Of a DNA stretch of 31,325 bases, positions 15,496-24,561 are shown one piece after another (within the stretch, counting starts at the first letter, position 1; each line of letters begins with the position of its first letter). The notes beneath the pieces are model-generated. The model had not been told where the DNA came from. It made no database searches and saw only the letters and a list, made by a program, of their open reading frames with translations. This DNA is from a virus (taxonomy: Duplodnaviria > Caudoviricetes). Location: the IMG/VR virus record IMGVR_UViG_3300050143_000043, positions 1 through 31,325 of that record, one strand, 5' to 3'. Made by a program: the position numbers and the translations under genes.

Positions 15496-16361
15496 GCACA
15501 CGCCCCTCGTTCCAGTTCTACCCGGACGACTGGATCTCAAACCCCAACCTGCGCCGCTGCACCTTTGCCGAAAAGGGCATCTGGCTTGAGGTGATGTGCA
15601 TCCTGCACGACCAAGACGAATACGGCGTGCTGCGCTGGCCTCTCAAGGAGATCGCCGAGACGGTCAAGTGCCGCACCTCTGAGTTGCAGGGCCTGATTCG
15701 CAAGGGTGTCCTCAAGGGCGACGACAAGGCCTTGGCCGAACCCTTCATCTACACGCCCCGCAGTGGCCGCAGGGACGGCCCGCCCGTCACCTTGCTGCAC
15801 CCTCAGGCCGGGCCAATCTGGTACTCAAGCCGCATGGTCAAGGATGAGTATGTCCGCACCATACGTGCCGAAATGTCGGGCAACGGTGGCGCATCAAAGG
15901 CATCACCAAAGCCTGCACCTAACCCCCCCTTTGGTGAAGGCATTGGTGTGGGCTTTGGTCCCCGTAGCGCGGACACGCCCGCAGCCCCGTCATCTTCATC
16001 TTCATCTTCACCTTCAGTAAATACACCATCAGCAACAGCGCACGCGGACAGCGTCGACGGCGTGGTGTTCGCCATCACGGCCGACTGGTCTCCGGGCCCT
16101 GGGCTTGAGGTCCAGGCAAAGCTGATGGGCGCCCCGGTCAAGGACGAGGCTGCCATGGCCGAGGGCTTGGCCGAGTTCGTCGCCTACTGGCTCACCCGAC
16201 CCGGCGAAGTGCGAACGCAGGCCCAGTGGGAGAACGCCTTGGCCAAGAGCCTCAAGCACCGGCAGGTGACGGGCACAGCGCAAGCCGCCCGCCAGAGCAC
16301 AACGCGACCAGCCCCACGCCAGAGCAACCACGGAGGACACGATGCCGTTGAACCCGCTTGA
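15492..16361 (+). CDS. Phage replication initiator (O-position) with a DnaT-like C-terminal domain
   Basis: N-terminal PSFQFYPDDW, Ser/Pro linker, C-terminal FAITADWSP..LAEFVAYW..TQAQWENALA; precedes the loader ATPase. Confidence 0.8.
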   Translation: MSTRPSFQFYPDDWISNPNLRRCTFAEKGIWLEVMCILHDQDEYGVLRWPLKEIAETVKCRTSELQGLIRKGVLKGDDKALAEPFIYTPRSGRRDGPPVTLLHPQAGPIWYSSRMVKDEYVRTIRAEMSGNGGASKASPKPAPNPPFGEGIGVGFGPRSADTPAAPSSSSSSSPSVNTPSATAHADSVDGVVFAITADWSPGPGLEVQAKLMGAPVKDEAAMAEGLAEFVAYWLTRPGEVRTQAQWENALAKSLKHRQVTGTAQAARQSTTRPAPRQSNHGGHDAVEPA

Positions 16362-17112
16362 CCTGTCGGGGTTGCCCGACATCGACTTTCCATTCCTGAT
16401 CGGCGCGACCGGCTCTCTCGTCGACTACCGCGAGATGGCCGACTGCCCAACACACGGCCAGTACCTGGTGCGCGACAGCCAGTACGCCCACAACCCCGGG
16501 GGCTGCCCGCACTGCCTGCGCACCGCCAGGGCCGAAGACCTGCTCAGCACCTGCAACATCCCGGCGCGCTTTGCCGCCTGCGAGTTCGACAACTACGAGG
16601 TCGAGACCGAGAAGCAGCACCGCGTGCTAGAGGCCTGCCAGGCCTATGCGGCCGAGTTCAAGGGCAACCTTGCAGCCGGTCGTGGCCTGATCATGCTGGG
16701 CAACCCCGGCACGGGGAAAAACCACCTCATCACGGCCATCTGCAAGGCCCTGCGCGCTCAGCGTTTCACGGTGCTCAGGGTCAAGGCCTCCGAGTTCCTC
16801 GACGCCTACTGGGCCAAGGAATTCGGCGAGCGCGACGAGTGGCTGAAGAGCCTGGCGCGTGTCCAGCTGCTGGTGCTCGACGAGGTCGGCCGATCCAGCA
16901 AGACCGACAACGCGCAGAACGCCTTTTTCCGGCTGATCGATGCCCGGTATGAAGCCATGAGGCCCACCGTTGTGCTCTCCAACCTCGACCGCCAAGGCGC
17001 GATTGAGGTGCTCGGGGATGCTGCATACGACCGCCTGACCGAGGCAGGCGCCCAGCGCCTCACGTTCGATTGGCAGAGCCGCCGTGCACAAACCGGCCGA
17101 GGCGCAGCATGA
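16342..17112 (+). CDS. DnaC/IstB-like helicase loader ATPase
   Basis: CPTHG..CPHC zinc motif, IPARF, Walker A GNPGTGKN, Walker B LLVLDEVG. Confidence 0.92.
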   Translation: MPLNPLDLSGLPDIDFPFLIGATGSLVDYREMADCPTHGQYLVRDSQYAHNPGGCPHCLRTARAEDLLSTCNIPARFAACEFDNYEVETEKQHRVLEACQAYAAEFKGNLAAGRGLIMLGNPGTGKNHLITAICKALRAQRFTVLRVKASEFLDAYWAKEFGERDEWLKSLARVQLLVLDEVGRSSKTDNAQNAFFRLIDARYEAMRPTVVLSNLDRQGAIEVLGDAAYDRLTEAGAQRLTFDWQSRRAQTGRGAA

Positions 17113-17327
17113 GGCAGTGGCTCAACTGCCCGACCACCGAAGCGCACGACCGCTACCTGACCCAGCTCAAGGCTGTGGCCACCGTGGACGGCCAACGCGA
17201 CTTCGTGGCACGGCTGATCCGCACCGAGAGCCGATTCCTCGCCAAGTGGGTTCGCGACGACTTCCTCGCGTGGCGTGCCCAGGCCAAGGCCAACAGATCC
17301 ACCACGAAACCCGACTTCGCAACCTGA
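17109..17327 (+). CDS. Hypothetical protein
   Basis: 72 aa; ATGA overlap with the loader gene. Confidence 0.6.
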   Translation: MRQWLNCPTTEAHDRYLTQLKAVATVDGQRDFVARLIRTESRFLAKWVRDDFLAWRAQAKANRSTTKPDFAT

Positions 17328-17341
17328 GGGGAGACAAGCAG

Positions 17342-17770
17342 ATGACATCGATCGTTTTCACCGTGCCCGGGCAGCCGCAGGGCAAAGGCCGCGCCAAGAT
17401 CGTCAAGATCGGCGGCTTCTCCCGCATGGCCACACCCGACAAGACTGTGGCGTATGAAGGGCTCATTGCTCACGCTGGGCACCAGGCCATGGCAGGCCGC
17501 CCGCTCATCGAGGGCCCTGTGGCCGTCGTGGTCGACATGCGCTGCCAGGTGCCTGCCTCGTGGTCGAAGAAGAAGCAGGCCCAAGCCTTGATCGGCGAGG
17601 TCAGGCCAGTCACGAAGCCGGACCAGGACAACGTCCTCAAAGCCATCTTTGACGGCCTGAACGGTGTCGCGTGGAAGGACGACGTGCAGGTGGTTGAGAT
17701 CGTCAGCCGCAAGCGCTACGCACCCCTGCCGGGCGTGTACGTCGAGATCAAGCTGCTGGGGGTGGCATGA
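17342..17770 (+). CDS. rusA: RusA-family Holliday junction resolvase
   Basis: FTVPGQPQGKGR and KPDQDNVLKAIFDGLNGVAWKDDVQVV; GGAG RBS. Confidence 0.92.
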   Translation: MTSIVFTVPGQPQGKGRAKIVKIGGFSRMATPDKTVAYEGLIAHAGHQAMAGRPLIEGPVAVVVDMRCQVPASWSKKKQAQALIGEVRPVTKPDQDNVLKAIFDGLNGVAWKDDVQVVEIVSRKRYAPLPGVYVEIKLLGVA

Positions 17771-18270
17771 ATCAGCCCCCCACCATGCTCGACCCCTGCT
17801 GCGGCAGCCGGATGATGTGGTTCGACAAGCGCGACCCCGCCGCTGTGTTCGGCGACCAGCGTCGCGAGACCATCACGGTCACGGACCGTTCGCACGGTCG
17901 CGAGGATGGCACCCGCGAGCTGCGCATCGAGCCCGACACCCTGATGGACTTCCGGGCGCTGCCTTTCCCTGCCGGCGCTTTCAAGCTCGTGGCCTTCGAT
18001 CCACCCCACCTAGTGCGCGCCGATCGCAAGAGCTGGCTGGCGGCCAAGTACGGCAAGCTGGGCCCGGACTGGCGCGAGGATCTGCGGCAAGGCTTTGCCG
18101 AGTGCTTCCGCGTGCTGGAGCCTCACGGCGTGCTGGTGTTCAAGTGGAACGAGACGCAGGTGAAGGTGGGCGAGGTTCTGGCCCTGACGCCCGAGCGCCC
18201 CAAGTTCGGCCAGGTCTCCGGCCGTGCTGGCATGACTCACTTCCTGGTCTTCATGAAAGGTGCCGCATGA
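17767..18270 (+). CDS. Small SAM-dependent (putative DNA amino-) methyltransferase
   Basis: LDPCCGSRMMWFDK, VAFDPPH and ECFRVL..GVLVFKW. Confidence 0.85.
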   Translation: MNQPPTMLDPCCGSRMMWFDKRDPAAVFGDQRRETITVTDRSHGREDGTRELRIEPDTLMDFRALPFPAGAFKLVAFDPPHLVRADRKSWLAAKYGKLGPDWREDLRQGFAECFRVLEPHGVLVFKWNETQVKVGEVLALTPERPKFGQVSGRAGMTHFLVFMKGAA

Positions 18271-18845
18271 CCGAGGCCGTCTTCCGCTCCGTCCACCAAG
18301 CCTTGCACGTCTCCCACCTCATGGCGATGCTGCCCCCCACAGCCAAGAGCAACACCCAGGCGATCATCGAGCAGCTGATGCGCGACGCTGGCGTGCTGCG
18401 CGAGGTCGAGCGCGACGGCACCCTGAACTTCCGGGGCCTGACGCCTCTGGAGGTCCGGGGCCAGTGCGCCATGGTGCGTGGCGCCGTGATCCACCACTGC
18501 ACCGAAGCCGAACGCATGGCGATCTGGGCATGGTTCGCCCACGACGCCAGCAAGGCCGAGGGCGTGCGCTTCCTGTGCAATTGGTGCGCGCCGCACTGGA
18601 CCGTGGAGAGCCGCCCGGCCCGAATGCTCATGACCTGGCGGGCCAACGTCACCGACGACAGCAAGGCCGCCCGGCACTGCTCGGTGCGCGACATCGAGGG
18701 CGAGCACGGTATTTCCAAGAGCGCTGTGCAGCGCCAAGTGGCCGCCGTCTCCAAGGCATGCCGAGGCCTGCGCGAGCGTGGGGCAGGGCGCCTGGAGGCG
18801 CTTTTTATCGCGCACGGGTTGGTTGATGATCCGGCGATGGTTTGA
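18267..18845 (+). CDS. Putative late-gene regulator (Q-position protein)
   Basis: 192 aa from ATG 18267; C-terminal HTH-like SVRDIEGEHGISKSAVQR; last large early gene before the pR'-like promoter. Confidence 0.6.
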   Translation: MTEAVFRSVHQALHVSHLMAMLPPTAKSNTQAIIEQLMRDAGVLREVERDGTLNFRGLTPLEVRGQCAMVRGAVIHHCTEAERMAIWAWFAHDASKAEGVRFLCNWCAPHWTVESRPARMLMTWRANVTDDSKAARHCSVRDIEGEHGISKSAVQRQVAAVSKACRGLRERGAGRLEALFIAHGLVDDPAMV

Positions 18846-18850
18846 GGGGG

Positions 18851-19027
18851 ATGACCATGTGGATTTTGATACTCACACTCTTGGCCCCGTCCGCTTCAGG
18901 CGGCAGTTCCATCGCTTCGGTGTCGGGCTTTACGAGCGCGGAGGCTTGCCAGGGCGCTGGCGCTCATTGGCTCAAGAATCGGCCTGAAGGCTGGGCAACG
19001 GCCTCGGCAGTCTGCGTGAGGGCCTGA
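18851..19027 (+). CDS. Small secreted or membrane peptide
   Basis: MTMWILILTLLAP hydrophobic leader; FTSAEAC..CV; GAGGGG RBS. Confidence 0.55.
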   Translation: MTMWILILTLLAPSASGGSSIASVSGFTSAEACQGAGAHWLKNRPEGWATASAVCVRA

Positions 19028-19029
19028 CC

Positions 19030-19200
19030 ATGAGCGAAGAACTCAGGCGCGCTCTGCGCCGATTGATTGACGGCATCGCCATCTATGCGGCCTGGTCCGC
19101 TGGCTACTCTGCCTCTGGGCGCCACCTCGTGGGGTTCCTAGCAGCCTGTGGCGTCGGGGCTTATGGCCTCTGGTGCTGGTTCGATGGGAAGGAAAGTTGA
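19030..19200 (+). CDS. Small membrane protein (56 aa)
   Basis: Manual translation MSEELRRALRRLIDGIAIYAAWSAGYSASGRHLVGFLAACGVGAYGLWCWFDGKES; two hydrophobic segments. Confidence 0.5.
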   Translation: MSEELRRALRRLIDGIAIYAAWSAGYSASGRHLVGFLAACGVGAYGLWCWFDGKES

Positions 19201-19315
19201 CCATGGCCTGCCCCAAATGCGGCTGCAAGGTGGCCTACCAGTTCGACGACCGAGACACAGGCACCAAGGCGCCGCTTTGCTCGAAGGGTTGAGCGTTGAC
19301 CAGCGTTGAAACCTG

Positions 19316-19345
19316 TTGACGCCCGTGGGACAGTTTGAGTACATT
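19316..19345 (+). promoter_or_regulatory. pR'-like late promoter
   Basis: TTGACG (19316-19321), 18-bp spacer, TACATT (19340-19345); upstream of terS and followed by a terminator. Confidence 0.65.
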
Positions 19346-19372
19346 TGTGCTACTTTCTGAAGATTGATGTCC

Positions 19373-19397
19373 AAGCCGCCCACCGAGGCGGCTTTTT
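19373..19397 (+). terminator. tR'-like rho-independent terminator
   Basis: AAGCCGCC-CACCGA-GGCGGCTT-TTT. Confidence 0.8.
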
Positions 19398-19439
19398 CAT
19401 GCCCGAACGGGAGGCCGCCATGTGATCCCGGAGCCCACC

Positions 19440-20024
19440 ATGTCGCCCAAAAAACTCACCCCGAAGCAACAGCGCTTTGTGGATGAGTACCTGGTCGACC
19501 TGAATGCTGCAGGCGCTGCCCGCCGCGCCGGCTACTCCGAGAAGTGGGCCAAGTGCTCAGCCGAGGAACTCATGCGCAAGCCTGAGATCCAGGCGGCCAT
19601 CCAATCCCGCATGAAGGACATGCAGCAGCGCACCGAGGTCACGGCCGACCGCTGGGTGCGCGAGCTGGCCGCCATGGCCTTTTACGACCCGGCCGACCTG
19701 GGCTCTGCCGAGATCAAGTCTCCCGCCGACATCAAGCTGCTGCCCGAGCAAGTGCGCCGGGCGATCATCGGCTGGAGTTGGGACAAGTACGGCAACTTCG
19801 TTCTCAAGCTCTCGCCCAAGACACCCAGCCTGGACCTGTTGGGCCGTCACCTGGGATTGCTAACCACCAAATTGGAAGTCACCGGCAAGGACGGCCAGCC
19901 GCTGCAAACCCAGCGCGTGCCCGCCGACCTCACGGGGCTGACCGATGACGAACTCGACGCTCTTGAACGGATCGCTTCCAAGCTTGGAGGCCATCCGGGC
20001 GGAACGCCTGCGCCGGACGCGTGA
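19440..20024 (+). CDS. terS: Terminase small subunit
   Basis: [28 protein letters not shown]; alternative GTG start at 19422. Confidence 0.92.
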   Translation: MSPKKLTPKQQRFVDEYLVDLNAAGAARRAGYSEKWAKCSAEELMRKPEIQAAIQSRMKDMQQRTEVTADRWVRELAAMAFYDPADLGSAEIKSPADIKLLPEQVRRAIIGWSWDKYGNFVLKLSPKTPSLDLLGRHLGLLTTKLEVTGKDGQPLQTQRVPADLTGLTDDELDALERIASKLGGHPGGTPAPDA

Positions 20025-21477
20025 GCGCTGCGAGAAGAGCCACCTCGAGTTCACCAAGGAATTCTTCAAGCACCGCCAGGGCATCGACTTCCTGGTCAAC
20101 TGGCACCACCTGTTGATCTGCGACACGGTCGAGCGCGTCATCCGTGGCGAGCTCAAGAACGTGGTGATCAACGTGCCACCGGGTTCGTCCAAGACCGAGG
20201 TCGTCTCGATCAACCTGATCGCCCGAGGCCTGGCCCTGAACCCTCGGGCCCGATTCCTGCACATCAGCTACTCGGACGACCTCGCGCTGCTCAACAGCCA
20301 GACGGCCCGTGACATCGTCCAGTCGGACGAGTACCAGGCCCTGTGGCCCCTGGCCATCGCTGACGACGCCAAGGCCAAGAAGCGCTGGAACGTCCTTCAG
20401 GACGGGCAGAAGGTGGGCGGCACCTACGCTGTCTCCCTTGGCGGCCAGATCACCGGCTTTCGGGCTGGTCACATGGCGCCAGGCTGGCAGGGCGCGATCA
20501 TCATCGACGACCCGCTCAAGGTCGAGGATGCCTACAGCAAGCCCAAGCGCGACGCGGCCAACCGCAAGCTGGTGTCCACGGTCAAGAGCCGAAAGGCCAA
20601 CCCGGACACGCCGATCATCGTGATCATGCAGCGCCTGGCTGAGCAGGACCCCACCGGGTTCATCCAGTCTGGCGCGATGCCCGGTCAGTGGGAGTTCATC
20701 CAGATCCCCGCGCTGATCGATGACGACTACGTGCGGGCCCTGCCCGAGCAGTACCGCAGCCTGATCACCACGGAGCCGCGCGACGAGTCGGGCCGGTTCA
20801 GCTACTGGCCCTACAAGGAGCCGCTGGCCGACCTGCTGGAGCTGGAGCAGAAAGACCGCTTCGTCTTCACCGGCCAGTACCAGCAGCGCCCCACGCCTTT
20901 GGGCGGCGGGATCATCCAGGGCGCCAAGTTCATCCGGTACTCGGCGCTGCCGCCGCTGCGCTTCCGCAAGATCTTCGCCGACACGGCACAGAAGACCGGC
21001 GAGCGCAACGACTTCAGCGTCTTCCAGTGCTGGGGCCTGGGCCAGGACGGCCGCATCTACCTGCTGGACCTGATCAAGGGCAAGTGGCCGGCGCCTGAGC
21101 TCAAGCGGCGTGCGCTGGCCTTCTGGGCCAAGCACCAGCCGAGCGGTGACTTCGACTCGCCCCTTCGCCAGATGCTGGTCGAGGACAAGTCGAGCGGCAC
21201 CGGCCTGATTCAGGACATCCAGTCCAGCGGATCGATCCCCATCAAGGGCATCGAGCGAGCGACCGACAAGCTCACCCGCGTGATGGACATCGTGTCTTTC
21301 ATCGACTCGGGCCTGGTGTGCATCCCCGAGGCGGCCAGCTTCACGAATGACTTTGTGGCCGAGTGCGAGGCCTTCACGGCTGACGACACGCACGCGCACG
21401 ACGACATGGTGGACCCCATGGTGGACGCGGTGAACGACATGCTGGCGCGGACTCGATCGATCTACGACAACTTGTGA
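19945..21477 (+). CDS. terL: Terminase large subunit
   Basis: [10 protein letters not shown] Walker A, IIIDDPLK Walker [26 protein letters not shown] and HDDMVD. Confidence 0.95.
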   Translation: MTNSTLLNGSLPSLEAIRAERLRRTRERCEKSHLEFTKEFFKHRQGIDFLVNWHHLLICDTVERVIRGELKNVVINVPPGSSKTEVVSINLIARGLALNPRARFLHISYSDDLALLNSQTARDIVQSDEYQALWPLAIADDAKAKKRWNVLQDGQKVGGTYAVSLGGQITGFRAGHMAPGWQGAIIIDDPLKVEDAYSKPKRDAANRKLVSTVKSRKANPDTPIIVIMQRLAEQDPTGFIQSGAMPGQWEFIQIPALIDDDYVRALPEQYRSLITTEPRDESGRFSYWPYKEPLADLLELEQKDRFVFTGQYQQRPTPLGGGIIQGAKFIRYSALPPLRFRKIFADTAQKTGERNDFSVFQCWGLGQDGRIYLLDLIKGKWPAPELKRRALAFWAKHQPSGDFDSPLRQMLVEDKSSGTGLIQDIQSSGSIPIKGIERATDKLTRVMDIVSFIDSGLVCIPEAASFTNDFVAECEAFTADDTHAHDDMVDPMVDAVNDMLARTRSIYDNL

Positions 21478-21565
21478 TTTCAGCAGCGCCTAGCTCGACG
21501 GGGTGAAAGCGGGTTTCCCTGACCCGTTGGCGCTGCGCCTATTTCGGGGCCAGCAAGGGGCTGGA

Positions 21566-22189
21566 ATGAAGAAGATTGATTTGACGGGCCGAACTTTCGG
21601 CCGCCTGACCGTGATTTCTGAGGCTCAAGCCAATTCTCGGAAAGTGCGTTGGTATTGCTCATGCGAGTGCGGTCAGACGTCGACTGTGTTGGCGTGCAAC
21701 CTCACCTCTGGCAAGACATCAAGCTGCGGGTGCATGTCAAAGGCTGGCCTCTCATTGGCTCGCAAACACGGTCTGCACGGGGCGCCCGAATACTCGGTTT
21801 GGCGCGGCATGAAAAACCGCTGCCTCAACCCTTTGGAGCCTGCATTCCGAAGCTACGGCGGGCGAGGAATCAAGGTTTGCGAGCGCTGGTTGAGCTTTGA
21901 GAACTTCAGGGCCGATATGGGCGAGCGACCCGAAGGCGGAACCATTGAGCGCATCGACGTCAATGGCGATTACTGCCCCGCGAACTGCAAGTGGGCAACC
22001 CTCGCAGAGCAGCAGGCGAATCGTCGCAACACGGTGCGCGTGCAGATCAACGGCAAGACCCAGCCTCTGAAGCACTGGTGCAAAGAGCTTGGGCGCAGCT
22101 ACAAGGCAGTTCACCTGCGACTTACGCGATACGGCTACAGCATTGACCGTGCGCTTGACCTGCCGAGTGGATCGGCTCTACTGACATGA
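21566..22189 (+). CDS. Free-standing HNH-type (homing-endonuclease-like) protein
   Basis: DLTGRTFGRLTV, WYCSCECG, SCGC, YSVWRGMKNRC, YGGRGIKVCERW and TIERIDVNGDYCPANCKWAT..QQANRR. Confidence 0.85.
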   Translation: MKKIDLTGRTFGRLTVISEAQANSRKVRWYCSCECGQTSTVLACNLTSGKTSSCGCMSKAGLSLARKHGLHGAPEYSVWRGMKNRCLNPLEPAFRSYGGRGIKVCERWLSFENFRADMGERPEGGTIERIDVNGDYCPANCKWATLAEQQANRRNTVRVQINGKTQPLKHWCKELGRSYKAVHLRLTRYGYSIDRALDLPSGSALLT

Positions 22190-23616
22190 CCAAGCCACGC
22201 CACGTCAAGACCGCAGGCGCGGCCCTGGCCAGCACCTCGCGCCCCGTGCGCGTGGGTGATGGTGGTGCAGCTGCCCTGCAAGTGGGCGACGGCCTTGAGA
22301 ACGTCGTCGCAGGCCTGGGCACCGACCGGGACAAGATGTCCTACTCGGTCTACGGCATGCCCCGTGTGCTCACGCGCATGGAGCTGGAGAACATGTACCG
22401 CGGCTCTTGGCTCGCCAAGAAGATCGTCAACGCCGTGGCCGACGACATGACCCGCGAATGGCGGCATGTGGTCTTCGACGACGAGAACGAGGCCAGCCAG
22501 TTCGCCATCGAGCGCGCTGAAAAGCGCTTTGGCATCAAGGCCAAGATGAACGAGGCCCTGCGCTGGTCGCGTTTGTACGGTGGCGCCCTGGTGATCATTG
22601 GCACCCGCGACAAAGATCTATCCAAGCCACTCAAGGTCGAGAACGTCAAGAAGGGTGATCTGCGCTACCTGCACGTGATCGACCGGTGGCGCTGCTCGCC
22701 TGCTGGCTCGCTGTGCATGGATCTGGACAGCCCGAACTTCGGCCTGCCTGAGCACTACATCCTGGCCGAGTCGGCACTGCGCGTGCACCACACCCGCGTG
22801 CTGCGCTTCAACGGCCAGAGGCTGCCGTACTTCGCCTGGCGCTCAAACGCCATGTGGGACGACAGCGAGTTGCAGCACACGCTGGACAGCCTGACCAACT
22901 GCGACACGGCCACGCGAGGCATCGCCACGATGCTTTTCGAGGCCAATGTGGACGTGGTCAAGTCTGAAGGGCTGGGCGATCTGCTGGCCACCAAGGGTGG
23001 CGAGGCGGTGATCACCAAGCGCTTTCAGCTGGCGGCCATGCTCAAGAGCTTCAACCGCATGCTGCTGCTGGACGGCACCGAGAGCTACGAGAAGAAGTCC
23101 AACAGCTTCGCCAACCTCGACAAGATCCTCCAGCAGTTCATGGTGGACGTCTCGGGTGCCTGCGACATCCCCATGACGCGCCTGTTCGGACAGTCAGCCG
23201 GTGGCCTCAATGCCAACGGCGACAACGACGTGCGCAACTACTACGACATGGTGTCTGGTAAGCAGGAAACCGAGTTGCGGCCCCAGCTGGAGTACCTCGA
23301 TCAGATCTTGGTGCGCTCCGAGTTGGGCGCCATGCCCGACGACTACCGCTTTGACTTCAACAGCCTGTGGCAGGTCTCAGAGGTCGAGCAGTCCGAGGTC
23401 GAGGCCAACCGGGCCACAAGGGACGCGACCTACATCGACAAGGGTGTGATCACGCCTGGTGTGGCTGCCCGGGATTTGAAAGAGCGCGGCACTTACCGCA
23501 ACCTGACCGACGCCGATGTGAAGGCGGCTGAAGCGGCCCAGCCTGAGCCCGGCCAGAAGCCCGATCCCGAAGGGGACGAGGGCAAGAAGCCGATCAAGCC
23601 AACCCCTGACGAGTGA
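22186..23616 (+). CDS. Portal protein (DUF1073 family)
   Basis: Follows terL; YRGSWLAKKIV..ADDMTREW, WSRLYGGA and IPMTRLFGQSAGGLNANGDND..NYYD. Confidence 0.9.
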   Translation: MTKPRHVKTAGAALASTSRPVRVGDGGAAALQVGDGLENVVAGLGTDRDKMSYSVYGMPRVLTRMELENMYRGSWLAKKIVNAVADDMTREWRHVVFDDENEASQFAIERAEKRFGIKAKMNEALRWSRLYGGALVIIGTRDKDLSKPLKVENVKKGDLRYLHVIDRWRCSPAGSLCMDLDSPNFGLPEHYILAESALRVHHTRVLRFNGQRLPYFAWRSNAMWDDSELQHTLDSLTNCDTATRGIATMLFEANVDVVKSEGLGDLLATKGGEAVITKRFQLAAMLKSFNRMLLLDGTESYEKKSNSFANLDKILQQFMVDVSGACDIPMTRLFGQSAGGLNANGDNDVRNYYDMVSGKQETELRPQLEYLDQILVRSELGAMPDDYRFDFNSLWQVSEVEQSEVEANRATRDATYIDKGVITPGVAARDLKERGTYRNLTDADVKAAEAAQPEPGQKPDPEGDEGKKPIKPTPDE

Positions 23617-24011
23617 CCGACATGACCATCGCAACCTGTGACGTCGTGTGCTCGCTGCTGGACCCGTCCAGCAACCCCGTCGAGGGTGCGCGCATCACGG
23701 CGCGGCTGACCAGCCACATCGTCAATTCGAGCCTGATCGTGCCCCTGGTCGAGTACGGCGTGACCAACGGCCACGGGGCCTGCACGCTGCCACTGGTGCC
23801 CAACAGCACCAGCGGTTCACGCACGACCTACACCTTTGAGATCTTGCTGCCCGGCGCGAAGGCGCCGACCTATTTCCACGACATCACTGTGCCCGCCGTG
23901 GCCACGATCACCCTGGCTGAGTTGCTGGGCTGGACTGGCTCCGGTGGCGGCTCGTTCCTGTGGGACGACGCCGCGATCTGGGACGACACGCAAACCTGGG
24001 CTGAAGCATGA
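23613..24011 (+). CDS. Hypothetical virion-associated beta-sandwich protein
   Basis: GTGA overlap with the portal stop; [21 protein letters not shown]; ends [13 protein letters not shown]. Confidence 0.7.
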   Translation: MTDMTIATCDVVCSLLDPSSNPVEGARITARLTSHIVNSSLIVPLVEYGVTNGHGACTLPLVPNSTSGSRTTYTFEILLPGAKAPTYFHDITVPAVATITLAELLGWTGSGGGSFLWDDAAIWDDTQTWAEA

Positions 24012-24559
24012 CCATTCAAACCATCGAAAACGGCGTGACGCTGTATGCGTTCCGCACGACCGTCAATGCCAACTTCGCCGAGGTGTCGCAGCTGATCGCG
24101 GCCATCCCGGCAGGTCCGCAGGGCCCAGCTGGTGCCACTGGGCCTGCCGGCCCTCAGGGGCTTCAGGGGCCTGCTGGTCTGCAAGGTGCGCAAGGCTTGA
24201 AGGGCGACACTGGCGCTGCGGGTGCAGTGGGGCCGCAAGGTGCCGTAGGCGCAGCTGGCGCCAATGGAGCCTCTTACGTTCCTGCTGACACGGTGGCTGT
24301 ACTGGCCTCCCGCGCCTTGACCAGCGCAGATGCAGGTAAGACGCTGGAGGTGACGGCATCGGGCGTGACGCTCACGGTGCCAAACGGCCTGACTCTGAAG
24401 CCTGGTGTGGCCATCATCAAGCACAGCAGCGGCACATCCGTGACTGTCTCTGGCGGCGCCACCATCAATGGCGGCACAACCACTCTGGTCATCACCGCTG
24501 CTGTCGCAGCGTTGCTGCCTCGCAGTGCCGCTGACGCTTACACCCTTGCAGGTGCCTGA
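24008..24559 (+). CDS. Collagen-like triple-helix repeat protein
   Basis: 18 uninterrupted Gly-X-Y triplets (24113-24274) followed by a small beta-rich C-terminal domain. Confidence 0.88.
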   Translation: MTIQTIENGVTLYAFRTTVNANFAEVSQLIAAIPAGPQGPAGATGPAGPQGLQGPAGLQGAQGLKGDTGAAGAVGPQGAVGAAGANGASYVPADTVAVLASRALTSADAGKTLEVTASGVTLTVPNGLTLKPGVAIIKHSSGTSVTVSGGATINGGTTTLVITAAVAALLPRSAADAYTLAGA

Positions 24560-24561
24560 TC

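Noticed and set aside
16342-17112. IstB of an IS21 element
   Set aside because: No IstA transposase or terminal inverted repeats; it follows a replication initiator, so it is a helicase loader.
19930-21399. 489-aa minus-strand ORF (likewise 27792-28922)
   Set aside because: Antisense shadows of terL and the major capsid gene.
22186-23616. Anti-CBASS Acb1 label sometimes attached to DUF1073 proteins
   Set aside because: Size, motifs and position after terL indicate a portal protein.
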